A model generated the notes under the pieces. That model saw only the letters and a program-made list of their open reading frames with translations. It made no database searches and was not told where the DNA came from. Source: Synechocystis sp. PCC 6803 substr. PCC-P (lineage in GTDB: Bacteria > Cyanobacteriota > Cyanobacteriia > Cyanobacteriales > Microcystaceae). From it: a DNA stretch of 32,000 nt. How positions within the stretch are numbered: position 1 is the first letter of the stretch; the number at the start of each line of letters is the position of its first letter. This document shows positions 1 through 10,300 of this stretch, in pieces. The DNA lies in the NCBI RefSeq assembly GCF_000284455.1, contig NC_017039.1, forward strand, positions 2,310,001 through 2,342,000. Reading direction: 5' to 3'. The translations under genes and the position numbers were made by a program.

Positions 1-321
1 GTCATAAACAATAATGTCATCAATGATTCCCCCTTGGGCATTCAACAACACAGTGTACTGGGCTTTACCGGGAGTTAAACGGTCTAAATCTGAAGGCACT
101 AAACTTTGCAATGCTGCCAAAACCTTCTGTCCAGTCAGGACAAACTTCCCCATATGGGAAATATCAAACATCCCCACCTTTTCCCGCACCGCTTGGTGTT
201 CCTGTTTTAGCCCAGCAAATTGTACCGGCATTTCCCAACCCCCAAAGGTTGTGAGCTTGGTAGTTTGTTCCGTAATGAGGTTGTAAAGGGGAGTACGCAA
301 GGCAGGGAAAAGATTGGCCAC
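1..321 (-). CDS. gcvT: Aminomethyltransferase (glycine cleavage T protein), N-terminal part, running off the left edge of the window; probable GTG start
   Basis: Reverse-strand translation from GTG at 319-321 reads (M)[63 protein letters not shown]...[23 protein letters not shown], typical GcvT N-terminal sequence. Not in the supplied track, presumably because there is no stop in the window. Confidence 0.88.
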   Translation of the reverse strand, partial: MANLFPALRTPLYNLITEQTTKLTTFGGWEMPVQFAGLKQEHQAVREKVGMFDISHMGKFVLTGQKVLAALQSLVPSDLDRLTPGKAQYTVLLNAQGGIIDDIIVYD

Positions 322-392
322 AATGGTTCCAGGAATCAAAAATCAAAGAAATCAGCAAGTCCTTTCTGCATAATAGATTTTTCCTAAAAAAA

Positions 393-424
393 GCACAAAA
401 AATCCCCCTGGTTAAAGGAGGATT
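393..424 (-). terminator. Rho-independent terminator downstream of dnaK
   Basis: On the minus strand AATCCTCC-(8 nt)-GGGGGATT (one G-U pair) is followed by TTTTTTGTGCTTTTTTT. Confidence 0.7.
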
Positions 425-489
425 ATCGAATCTGATTCCCCCAGTATTGGGGGCTAGGGGACTTTCAATACAGGTTTTAAAACCCAGAC

Positions 490-2400
490 CTATTTCTCCG
501 GCTCAGAGAATTCCGCATCGATGACATCATCGCCACCGCCACTGCTAGTTCCCGCTTCAGGGCCAGCACCGGGAGCGCCTACCCCAGCCTCTGCTCCAGC
601 CTGTTGGTACATATTGGAACCAATGCTGTAGAGAACCTGTTGTAGTTCCGGCATCACCGTTTGGATTTTGGCATCATCTTCCTGGGCTACAGCTTCCTTC
701 AGGTCTTTGATTAAACCTTCCGCTTTGATTTTATCAGCGGCGGGCACTTTATCGCCCAACTCGGTGATTTGTTTTTCCGCTTGGTAAACGAGGGAATCCG
801 CTTGGTTTTTGCGGTCAATTTTCTCCCGACGTTCTTTGTCAGCGGCGGCGTTGGATTCAGCTTCCTTCACCATCCGGTCTACTTCCGTATCAGGCAGGGT
901 GGAAGCCCCGGTGATGCTGATGGACTGCTCCTTGCCCGTACCCCGGTCTTTAGCAGTGACATTCAAAATACCGTTGGCATCAATATCGAAAGTAACTTCG
1001 ATTTGAGGTACGCCCCGGGGAGCAGGGGGGATACCATCTAAGCGGAAGGTTCCCAAGCTCTTATTGTCATTGGCCATTTCCCGTTCCCCTTGGAGCACAT
1101 GGATTTCCACGTTGCTTTGACCGTCCACAGCGGTGGAGAAGGTTTCAGATTTTTTGGTGGGGATGGTGGTGTTGCGGGGAATGATTTTGGTCATGACGCC
1201 CCCTAGGGTTTCTACGCCCAAGGAGAGGGGAGAAACATCCAGGAGCAGAATGTCTTTGACTTCCCCAGAAAGTACACCCCCTTGGATAGCAGCTCCGACG
1301 GCCACTACTTCATCGGGGTTAACTCCTTGGTTGGGATCTTTGCCAAGAATTTTCTTTACCACTTCTTGCACGGCGGGAATCCGGGTGGAACCGCCAACAA
1401 GAACGATTTCATCCAGGGCAGATTTATCGATTTTGGCATCCCGAATGGCATTTTCCACGGGAATACCACAACGATCAATCAGGTCGGAGCAAATTTCTTC
1501 AAACTTGGCCCGGGACAGGGTGGTGTCTAGATGTTTAGGCCCATCCTGGGTGGCAGTGATGAAGGGCAGGTTAATTTCCGTTTGGCTCACGCCGGAAAGT
1601 TCGATTTTGGCTTTTTCGGCCGCTTCGGTTAACCGTTGTAGAGCTTGCTTATCCTTACGGAGGTCGATGCCCTCGGCCTTCTGGAATTCACCGGCCAGGA
1701 AATCGACAATTTTTTTGTCGAAGTCGTCCCCTCCCAGATGGGTATCCCCAGAGGTGGCTAATACTTCAAATACCCCTTCCCCTACTTCGAGGATGGAGAC
1801 GTCAAAAGTACCGCCCCCTAGGTCAAACACCAGAATGGTTTCGTTATCCTTTTTATCCAGACCGTAGGCTAGGGAGGCAGCGGTGGGCTCGTTAATAATT
1901 CTCAGGACTTCGATCCCGGCGATTTTACCCGCATCTTTGGTGGCTTGCCGTTGGGAGTCGTTAAAGTAGGCAGGAACGGTGATGACGGCTTGGGTAACGG
2001 TCTCCCCTAGGTACTTGCTGGCATCGTCCACCAATTTCCGCAGCACTTGGGCAGAAATTTCTTCCGGGGCAAACTGTTTTCCTTGGGCTGGGCAATCTAG
2101 TTTCACATTGCCGTTGCCGTCTTTAACTACGCTGTAGGCAACTTCGGTGGCTTCATTGGTAATTTCATCAAATTTACGACCAATGAATCGTTTGACAGAA
2201 TAAAAAGTATTGCCCGGGTTCATCACCGCTTGACGCTTGGCAATTTGCCCCACTAGGCGATCGCCATTTTTGGCATAACCAACCACCGATGGGGTCGTGC
2301 GAAAACCTTCTGCATTGGCGATAACAGTGGGTTTACCCCCTTCCATTACAGCCACACAGGAATTGGTAGTACCGAGGTCAATCCCAACAACTTTTCCCAT
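490..2400 (-). CDS. dnaK: Molecular chaperone DnaK (Hsp70), DnaK2-like
   Basis: 636 aa; [56 protein letters not shown]; acidic C-terminus ending [13 protein letters not shown]. Confidence 0.97.
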   Translation of the reverse strand: MGKVVGIDLGTTNSCVAVMEGGKPTVIANAEGFRTTPSVVGYAKNGDRLVGQIAKRQAVMNPGNTFYSVKRFIGRKFDEITNEATEVAYSVVKDGNGNVKLDCPAQGKQFAPEEISAQVLRKLVDDASKYLGETVTQAVITVPAYFNDSQRQATKDAGKIAGIEVLRIINEPTAASLAYGLDKKDNETILVFDLGGGTFDVSILEVGEGVFEVLATSGDTHLGGDDFDKKIVDFLAGEFQKAEGIDLRKDKQALQRLTEAAEKAKIELSGVSQTEINLPFITATQDGPKHLDTTLSRAKFEEICSDLIDRCGIPVENAIRDAKIDKSALDEIVLVGGSTRIPAVQEVVKKILGKDPNQGVNPDEVVAVGAAIQGGVLSGEVKDILLLDVSPLSLGVETLGGVMTKIIPRNTTIPTKKSETFSTAVDGQSNVEIHVLQGEREMANDNKSLGTFRLDGIPPAPRGVPQIEVTFDIDANGILNVTAKDRGTGKEQSISITGASTLPDTEVDRMVKEAESNAAADKERREKIDRKNQADSLVYQAEKQITELGDKVPAADKIKAEGLIKDLKEAVAQEDDAKIQTVMPELQQVLYSIGSNMYQQAGAEAGVGAPGAGPEAGTSSGGGDDVIDAEFSEPEK

Positions 2401-2605
2401 AATTTTAATTAACTCCCGTTAACAAGTAAGAATATAAGACACAACGATGGGCCGAAAAGCCATGGTTCCAATCCATTGCCTGGGGCCGACACGTTCACAC
2501 TCTTATAGTGACGGTAGGGGCTTAGTTCTCGGAAGTGCAGGTTTCCGTACCTATGGGGGCATCTAGCCGTATGCCATTGGTCAAAAGGGGAGTTAACGCC
2601 ACGCA

Positions 2606-4750
2606 CTAACGGGGGCCATTTACCACTTGTATTTGGTCAATTTTCCAAACCCCTTGGTGTCGTACTAGCTGATAGCGCACAGTCAAGTCATCTTTGGTGG
2701 CGGAGCCCTTCTGCTGTTGATTACCTAGGGTAAAGGGCTGGCTAATTTCTTCTACCCGGGCAGTAACGGTGGCTCGGTTGGGGTCTTGGGGGTTAACTTG
2801 ATAGGCTAAAATCTGCAACTTGTGTTCGTATTGGTGATAGACCTTTTGGGCTTGATCCCGTTGGGCCCGACCCCGTTGTTGGGCAAGGAGATTGGGGGCT
2901 AAAACACTCTGCAATGCCCCGACATCGTAGTTTTGGCCAAAGGCTAACTTTTTACTATCAAGCCAGCCTTGTACTACCATCTGACCCACTTGCTGATTGA
3001 AGTTGGGTTGACTGAGAATCAAATTCCGGCTCGTGGCTTCATCGGGGATAAATTCTGAAGGTTGGTCCAGGAAAACATCTAGGGGGTCTTCTAGCAACCC
3101 ACCTAGGGGATCGCCAGTACGATTGATAATTAGGGCAGTTGCCCCCCCCACAATGCCTGCTAGGCAAAGCAGAAAAATGCCGAAGCGCACCGGCTTGATG
3201 GTCACCCGTTTTTTGCGTCGCCGGGGAGATTTATGTTTACTGGTGGATTCTGGGGCGGAGTTACTGGAAAAACCGTTGCTAGTGCTATCCCCGCCAATAC
3301 CGTTGGTGCCCAAGGAGTGGGTGTCGTAGGCGATCGCCGGAGATAGGGTGGTGACGGCCAAACCACTGGAATTGTCGGCGCTGGGGAAAACATCGTCTCG
3401 GGAACGTCTTGGACTGCGTCCCCGTCGTGAGGGAACGGTGGAGGTCAAAGGGCGATCGGGAAGGGCGGCGGAACTATGTACCATGGGAGTTTCCGATTCC
3501 GTTGCGGTGCTAAGGAGGGCAGGGGAGGCAAAAGAATTGTCAGTGGTGAAGGAATCCGGCTCTAGTTGTTCTAGATACTGCTGAACGGAGGGATTATTGA
3601 AATAGGCCTTGGGGGAAAGGGTCTCCGGAGAAAGATCCCTAAAGTAGGGGACAATTTCTTCCTCTAGCCACTGCTCAGTGAAAGTATAAAAAGCAGTTAA
3701 GGGGTCTTCCCCCGTCGCTAACTTAGATTCGAGGCCAGCTACTATTTTCGGATCTCCCTGGTCGATCGCCGCCAGAACAACTTCCGTTTGACCCAATAAT
3801 AATTCACAAATTACCTTTTCTAGGGCCAAATCTTGACAATTTTCCAACTGTATAATCAAAGATTTTGCTTCGACAATGGCCATGGGGTCCTGTTCCTTCA
3901 CTCCCTCAGCCATCAGACTATGTACTGCCAAATAGCTTGCTACTAAAGATGGCCGTTGACTTTCGGGCAAAAATAGGGCGTTTTGCTCGGCCACTGTGAG
4001 GTGACAGCGTAGTTGGTGGATGAATTTTAGAAAGTCATCATTTCCCAATCCGGAATAATCTTCCCCCTTACCTTCAATGCCGCCCCGGTCCTGCACCATC
4101 GCTTGCAACAGAGCTAGACCCTGCTGACGTTGCTCCTCCCCTTGCCCCTCCTTAGCCAAAAGTTCGAGGATACGGTAGGGTCGCAGACGGTATAGTTCCT
4201 GACGAATTTCTGCTTCCAAGGCGGGGAAGTCATTATCCTGTTGCAACCGAGCTAGGGCCTTAAGACTGGCGGTGGCGGCAAATTCATACTGCTGTTGTTG
4301 CCAACGTTCCCGGCTCAGTTCCCAGTGGGCCAAAATTACCGAAAGCAAATAGTCCTGGGGCAGGCCTCCCGCCGGAGGGTTGGGATCGTGGAGTACTGGC
4401 TCACCATACTTAACCACGAGTTCGTATTCCCCCAAATCCAACAGGATCAACAGGGCTCCAATTTCTTGCTCTGGGCTACATTCCAACTCCGGGGTAGTGA
4501 GGGGTAAGGCCTCCCCCAGGGCTTCATCCATGGCTCCCCACCATTCTTGGTCGTATGCCTGACGTTTTTCCGGATCCCTCAGGGTTTCATAGGCGATCGC
4601 CAGTAATTGATTGCGGAGAGTAACTGCGGCGTCACTAAATTCTCGCCGGGGTAATTGTAAAAGGCGATCTTGGTAGGCCTGCTCAATGGTTTCCCCACCA
4701 CTCTGGGGAGGAATGCCTAAAATACGATAAAAGTCGAGGGGGATAAACAC
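2606..4750 (-). CDS. ftn2: Cell division protein Ftn2/ZipN (ARC6 homolog) with N-terminal J-like domain
   Basis: 714 aa; N-terminus MFIPLDFYRILGIPPQSGGETIEQAYQDRLLQLPRREFS..LAIAYETLRDPEKRQAYDQEWW, internal TM (FGIFLLCLAGIVGGATALII), C-terminal domain; architecture typical of cyanobacterial ARC6 homologs. Confidence 0.88.
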   Translation of the reverse strand: MFIPLDFYRILGIPPQSGGETIEQAYQDRLLQLPRREFSDAAVTLRNQLLAIAYETLRDPEKRQAYDQEWWGAMDEALGEALPLTTPELECSPEQEIGALLILLDLGEYELVVKYGEPVLHDPNPPAGGLPQDYLLSVILAHWELSRERWQQQQYEFAATASLKALARLQQDNDFPALEAEIRQELYRLRPYRILELLAKEGQGEEQRQQGLALLQAMVQDRGGIEGKGEDYSGLGNDDFLKFIHQLRCHLTVAEQNALFLPESQRPSLVASYLAVHSLMAEGVKEQDPMAIVEAKSLIIQLENCQDLALEKVICELLLGQTEVVLAAIDQGDPKIVAGLESKLATGEDPLTAFYTFTEQWLEEEIVPYFRDLSPETLSPKAYFNNPSVQQYLEQLEPDSFTTDNSFASPALLSTATESETPMVHSSAALPDRPLTSTVPSRRGRSPRRSRDDVFPSADNSSGLAVTTLSPAIAYDTHSLGTNGIGGDSTSNGFSSNSAPESTSKHKSPRRRKKRVTIKPVRFGIFLLCLAGIVGGATALIINRTGDPLGGLLEDPLDVFLDQPSEFIPDEATSRNLILSQPNFNQQVGQMVVQGWLDSKKLAFGQNYDVGALQSVLAPNLLAQQRGRAQRDQAQKVYHQYEHKLQILAYQVNPQDPNRATVTARVEEISQPFTLGNQQQKGSATKDDLTVRYQLVRHQGVWKIDQIQVVNGPR

Positions 4751-4937
4751 CGGAAAAAGCCTTGGCAGGACAGGTTCAGTTTAAAAGCTTATGGGGAAAT
4801 AGCACGGAATAGCACTGACGGTTTCTGGGGAGTCGGAAGACATGTTAAAGGCTAATACCATACTATACGACAGCTTTTTTGTGACTAATAATTCCAAAAA
4901 AAACCAAAAACCTGCTTTGCCAGCCTAAATCGCGCCC

Positions 4938-5273
4938 TCAAAACGATTCTAGTCCTCCATCGTCCCCGGGAGCTTGCCAGGTGGCCACCGACCGCAGGCT
5001 AAGGGGAATAACTTCATCACAGGGAAATTCCAGCAGGGTTTCGGATGTCATCAGATAACCAGAATTAAGAAAAAACAGCAATAGTCTCCCCAGGGCTACC
5101 CACACCACTTCGTCGAACTCCCAATCTCGACCCCGCCCGCTGTGACAGGCGATCGCCTGGAGGGCCCAAAAATAATTATTCCGAACAATGGAACCACCTT
5201 TTTTGTAAGCTGGCAAATCTTCAGCGGCAATCACCAGCAAATCCGCCGCCGCTAACCAACATTTCATCAACAC
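4938..5273 (-). CDS. Hypothetical protein (111 aa)
   Basis: Complete ORF in a gap between same-strand genes; no family recognised. Confidence 0.5.
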   Translation of the reverse strand: MLMKCWLAAADLLVIAAEDLPAYKKGGSIVRNNYFWALQAIACHSGRGRDWEFDEVVWVALGRLLLFFLNSGYLMTSETLLEFPCDEVIPLSLRSVATWQAPGDDGGLESF

Positions 5274-5361
5274 CTCAACTAAGGAAACAGTGCAACTACG
5301 GAAGATCAGGGAAAAGTAGAGGGAATAAGCTCAATGGTGCTCAAAAATTAACCTAAACAAA

Positions 5362-5856
5362 CTAGAAATCCACCACCGCTTCCACCTTCATGGTGTTGTC
5401 AATGGTAGCCTGACAAACCACCTGGGCTGGGGTGGCCCGACAGTTCCCTGTGGCCTCCGTTAAAGTTTCGTCAACAATGCCATCTTCCGCAGTCCAGAGA
5501 AAAGTACCAATGACATTGTACTGATTGCTATTGATTTTGCCATTGACCAGTATGGGGTCGTCATTGTATTCCAGCACGAAAGAAAAACCCATGACATCGC
5601 CATCGTCGTAGTGGAAATTAATAGTGCCGTCCCCCTCCGTGATGGAAAGCTGATTACAGTCCATGGCCATTTCTTCACTGGGATCGGTGAGTTTGACTGA
5701 ACATTGCTGAGCTGCAAAGGTGGTTTGGCTTTGGACACTTTCTTGAAAAATTGTCTCTTGGCTACGGACGACGGGGGCAAACAGCATCCCCCCCAAGGCG
5801 GCCATGGCCGCCATCAATGGCAATGGAGAGGCAAGGTCACGGATTTTGGTAAACAT
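5362..5856 (-). CDS. Hypothetical exported protein (164 aa)
   Basis: Signal-peptide-like N-terminus MFTKIRDLASPLPLMAAMAALGGMLFAPVVRSQ; its start overlaps the 3' end of the upstream same-strand gene by 20 nt. Confidence 0.7.
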   Translation of the reverse strand: MFTKIRDLASPLPLMAAMAALGGMLFAPVVRSQETIFQESVQSQTTFAAQQCSVKLTDPSEEMAMDCNQLSITEGDGTINFHYDDGDVMGFSFVLEYNDDPILVNGKINSNQYNVIGTFLWTAEDGIVDETLTEATGNCRATPAQVVCQATIDNTMKVEAVVDF

Positions 5857-7372
5857 AATTAGTAATGGCCCCGGTTAGGCCTTCTAGGGTGTACTCCGTT
5901 GCTTCAATGTCCACCCGACCCAATTCCCGTAAACAGCGTTCGGAAGTTTGGGGGCCAATGGAAGCGATTTGGCAATGGTTAATTAGGGAACGCCAATCTT
6001 GGTAACCGTTAGCTTGGCTAGTCTGGGCCAACAGTTGCCGAAAATGGCTGACGGTTTTGGAACTGGCAAAGGTGATCACATCCACCGTTTGATTAACGAT
6101 ACTTTGCCACACTTCTTCGGGCATATGGCCAGGGCAGGCGGATTGATAGGAGGGGACTTCCGTAACCAAGGCTTGTTTTTGGCTCAATTCTTGGACTAAT
6201 TGGGCCCGGCCACCACTTTCCACCCGGGGAAAAAGTATTTTTAGTCCTGCTGGGGAGTGGGGAAAATGTTCCACCAGGGCATCGGCAATGAAATCCGGGG
6301 GAATGAAATCTGGCTTGAGACCAAATTTTTCTAGGCTTTGGGCGGTCTTTTTGCCCACTACCGCCAACTTTAATCCCGCCAGGGCCCTACTGTCCAAACC
6401 GTGGTGTTGCAATCTTTGAAAAAAGAACTCCACCCCATTGGCGGAAGTCAGAATTAGCCAGTCAAAATCCCCCAACTTGGCGATCGCCTGGTCGAGGGGT
6501 TGCCAGTCCTTGGGGGGCACAATTTCCAGGGCAGCCATGGCTAAGACGGTGGCCCCTTGCTGGTGCAAAAGCTCGGTAAACTGGCTCGCTTGGTCGGCGG
6601 CCCTGGTAACCAGAATAGTTTTTTCGGTCAGGGGCAGGGGAGGCAAGGCGGGAATAATCCTTTGACTAACAACATCTCCAATGACAATTACCGCTGGGGC
6701 GAGGGACTGTCCTTGGGTTTTTTCCACCATATCAGCTAGGGTTCCTTCCCAGGTTTGCTGTTCCGGTCTGCCGGCATTTTTAATCACTGCCATGGGGGTG
6801 TGGGGAGATTTACCTGCTCGGACTAACTCATTGACCAACAACGACAAATTTTTGGTCCCCATGAGAATTACCAAAGTGGGCAATTGGGCCAGGGCAGGCC
6901 AAGGCCAACGGTGGGGATCATGGCCGTCCATGACAAAAAAACCCGCCCCGCTATCTTTGGCTGTGAGGGGAATGCTTGCTAGTCCTGCCCCGGCGATCGC
7001 CGAGGAAATTCCTGGTACTACTTCATAGGCACAATGGTGGGTCACTAGGGTTGCCAATTCCGGCATAATGCGGCCAAAAATCCAGGGATCACCGCTTTTC
7101 AGCCGTACTACCTGTTTGCCCCGTCGGTAATGGTCCACCAATAACTGATTAATTTTGGCCTGGGGAGTGCTGGGTTGTCCCCCCCGTTTGCCGACGAAAA
7201 TTCGCTCACAATCTGGCGGCAGGAGATCAAAAAGCTCCTGGGACACCAAGGCGTCATAAATTACCACATTTGCCCTACCCAACACGGCGATCGCCCTTTG
7301 AGTCAGGTAGGCCACGGGCCCCAAGCCAGCCCCCATCAGATAAACTTTGGCTCTGGAATCTGTACTTAGCAT
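5837..7372 (-). CDS. cobA-hemD: Bifunctional uroporphyrinogen-III C-methyltransferase / uroporphyrinogen-III synthase fusion
   Basis: MLSTDSRAKVYLMGAGLGPVAYLTQRAIAVL..ANVVIYDALVS, RLKSGDPWIFGR, EVVPGISSAIAGAGLASIPLT (SUMT) followed by TEKTILVTRAADQASQFTELLHQQGATVLAMAALEI..LILTSANGVEFFF (HemD). Internal ATG at 7370-7372 is a better start than the track start at 7498. Confidence 0.92.
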   Translation of the reverse strand: MLSTDSRAKVYLMGAGLGPVAYLTQRAIAVLGRANVVIYDALVSQELFDLLPPDCERIFVGKRGGQPSTPQAKINQLLVDHYRRGKQVVRLKSGDPWIFGRIMPELATLVTHHCAYEVVPGISSAIAGAGLASIPLTAKDSGAGFFVMDGHDPHRWPWPALAQLPTLVILMGTKNLSLLVNELVRAGKSPHTPMAVIKNAGRPEQQTWEGTLADMVEKTQGQSLAPAVIVIGDVVSQRIIPALPPLPLTEKTILVTRAADQASQFTELLHQQGATVLAMAALEIVPPKDWQPLDQAIAKLGDFDWLILTSANGVEFFFQRLQHHGLDSRALAGLKLAVVGKKTAQSLEKFGLKPDFIPPDFIADALVEHFPHSPAGLKILFPRVESGGRAQLVQELSQKQALVTEVPSYQSACPGHMPEEVWQSIVNQTVDVITFASSKTVSHFRQLLAQTSQANGYQDWRSLINHCQIASIGPQTSERCLRELGRVDIEATEYTLEGLTGAITNYVYQNP

Positions 7373-7380
7373 TGTAAAAA

Positions 7381-10300
7381 TTAGGTTACTTTCGCGCCGG
7401 GGCGATCGGCCGGGGACACCAAGGCATTGTGGGTGAGGTAGTTTTTCAGCCATTGTCCACCCTGGCTCAGGAGTTGGGGCAACGTTTTCACCGGCCAAAG
7501 CTTGGCCGTACCATCGGCGGAGGACGTTAAAACCCAGCGACCATCAGGACTAAATTCTGCTGACCGGACCCAATTGCCATGGCCCTCCAGGGTGAGCAAC
7601 TCCCTTCCCGAAAGGTCCCAAAGCCTCGCAGTGCCATCGTTGGAAGCCGTGACGAGCATTTGTCCGTCAGGACTCCAATCCACAGTACCCACCAAACCTT
7701 GATGGCCGTATAGTACCGCTACCGTTTTACCACTGCGGTCCCAAAGCCTAGCGGTATGGTCGGCGGAGACGGTGGCGATCAAATTTCCCTCGGGGCTAAA
7801 TCTGGCCTGGTAAACAATACTTTGATGGCCAGCTAAGGTTAATAGGGGGCGACCAAGGAAATCCCAGATCCGGGCGGTGTTATCCACGGAGGCTGTCAGT
7901 ATGTAACGACTGTCGGCACTAAATTGAGCAAAATACACTGGTCCTTCATGGCCCCGGCATATGCCCACCTCCCGGCCGACAATTTCCCAGATGCCTGCAG
8001 TATTGTCATCCGACGCGGTAACAATGAATTGGCCGTCGGCACTAAACTCCGCCGCAAAAATATTTTTTTCGTAGTGCCTCAACACCGCTAATTCCCGGCC
8101 GGTATTATTCCAAACCCGTGCGGTGCCGTCTTTGCTGGCGGTGACAATGTATTGGCTATCGGGACTAAATCTCACATTCAACACCGCGTCCTGGTGCCCC
8201 CGCAGAACAGTCAATTTTTTGCCCAGTACATTCCAAAGTTGGGCAGTTTTATCCGCCGATCCAGTGACAATCCATTGGCCGTCCGGGCTAAATTGACCTT
8301 CCCGCACCCAGCCTTGGTGATCTGCTAACACGGCAACGCATTCCCCCTCTGTGGTCCAGAGACGGGCCGTTTTATCCCTGGAAACAGTCAACAGGCGATC
8401 GCCTTTGGGATTGAAATGGGCATTGCGTACCCAATGGCTGTGGCCAGTGAGGGTGATGGTATCTTTTTGGGAAATGTCCCATTGACGGGCGGTTTGGTCG
8501 GCGGAGACGGTGAAAACAAAGCGACCATCAGCACTAAAATCAGCGTCGTAAACTTCTTTTTGGTGGCCCCGCAGAATGGTGAGCAAAGTGCCTTCCTTAG
8601 TCCAAAGTCGGGCCGTATTGTCGGTGGAATAGGTGACAATTTTTTGGCCGTCAAGACTGAAACGGGCTCCATGGATATTGTGGTCATGGCCCCGGAGGGT
8701 GCCCAAGCATTTGCCATGGCGACTCCAAACCCTAGCGGTGCCGTCACTAGAAGACGTGATGATGTGCTGGCCATCGGGACTCCAAAGGGCATTGTTAACC
8801 CAGTTTTGGTGCCCTTTTAAAACAGCAAAACATTGACTACTCAGATCCCACAACCGGGCAGTGCCATCGGCAGAACAGGTCACAATCCATTGGCCATCGG
8901 GGCTAAATTGGGCATTGCGGACCCAACTGGTATGCCCCTGGCAGAGGCCAATTTCCCGACCTTCTAGATCCCATAACCGAGCCGTGCCATCCCGCGAGGC
9001 AGTGAGTAAAATCTGTCCATGGCAATTGAATTCAGCATTGCGGACCCAGTCGGCGTGGCCCTGGCAGAGGGTGAGTTGTTCCCCAGCAAAATTCCAAATG
9101 CGTGCAGTGTTATCTTGACCACTAGTAACTAAAAACTGATGATGGGGACTAAAATGCACACTCCTCACCCAGTCTTCGTGGCCCCTGAGGGTTGCAACTT
9201 CTTCCCCATGGCGTTGCCAAAGTTTAACGGTGTGGTCGGCAGAAGCGGTGGCAAAGTATTGACCATCGGCACTCCAGTCCAATGCCGTAATGGCTTCTTG
9301 ATGTCCCCGCAAAACGTTAATCAGTTCGCCGTGAAAAGACCAAAGGTAAGCGATGCCATTGGTGGTGGCGGTGAGCACTAAGGGGGGAGTGTTTTCCATG
9401 GAAGGGCTAATGCGCAGAACCGTAACAGGCCCCTCATGGTGGCAACGGTTACATTCATTAATCCGAGCCAAAATGCTGTGGAGAGAAAGCCAGGGAGCCA
9501 GGCTGGGATATTGCACCAGAGGGGTTTCCGGTGTGACTAATTTTTGTAAATCCTGCCCAGTTTTGACCGCCGCCAGCAGAGCCTCTAGGGGATAGACGAG
9601 AAATTGTTTGAGAATAAACTGGCATTGCTTTTCCAGGTTGATCCCAGCCACTAATTTTTGGTATTGCAATTGGGCCGCTTTCAATTTTTGGGCGACCACC
9701 TGTTCCTCTGCACTGGAGCCGGCCTCCAACTCTGCGATCAAATCCTCGTTGCCCTGTTGGCGATCGCCAGGGGATGGGGCGATTAAATTAGGATTGGATT
9801 TACTACCGCGGCGGCCAGCATTAATCAGTGCGGGGGTAGAAATAACGGCACTTTTCCCCTGGAGAGCATGGGCTAAATGAGTCGTACTGAGACGGTAATA
9901 GGGTAATGTGGCCTGGGAAATCACAATGATTAATCTGCCCCGGAGCAATAGGGTCAGCAGTAACTGCAATTGCTGAATGTCTTCTTGGGCAAACTCCGGC
10001 GGGTTATCCGCGGCCGGTTCAGGGGCAGAATAGAGCGCGGCTAGTAACTGATATTCGGTTTTGAGACAAAGAGCTTGCTGTCCATCGGCCAGGCTTTTGA
10101 GTAACTGCAAGGCCTTTTTGAGCAGATGGGGGGGTAAAAAAGCCAAATAGGTTTGCACAGCCAAGGTCAACCATTCATCTAACTTTTTACCCTGGTAATC
10201 CGCTGACTTAGTTACCTGCTCCTGTTCCAAAACGGTTCCCAACAGTTGCAAATCAATGGGATGGAGCCAGGGCTGCTGTTCTCCATTGCCTTCCATGGCT

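Noticed and set aside
14-286. 90-aa plus-strand ORF and the 164-358 minus ORF at the left edge
   Set aside because: Both overlap the real gcvT reading frame, which has strong family similarity; they are shadow ORFs.
769-1867. Plus-strand ORFs of 65 to 244 aa opposite dnaK
   Set aside because: Antisense to a highly conserved DnaK reading frame; long antisense frames are expected from its codon bias.
2409-2606. 65-aa minus-strand ORF between ftn2 and dnaK
   Set aside because: No recognisable protein features; the segment looks more like a leader/promoter region.
7440-9400. Could the regular repeats be a CRISPR array?
   Set aside because: The units are diverged, about 123 bp, lack unique spacers and translate to WD40 blades.
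7502-9880. Many plus-strand ORFs with repeated PSG/LPS motifs opposite the WD40 gene
   Set aside because: They are the antisense reading of the tandem WD40 repeats, which explains their repetitiveness.
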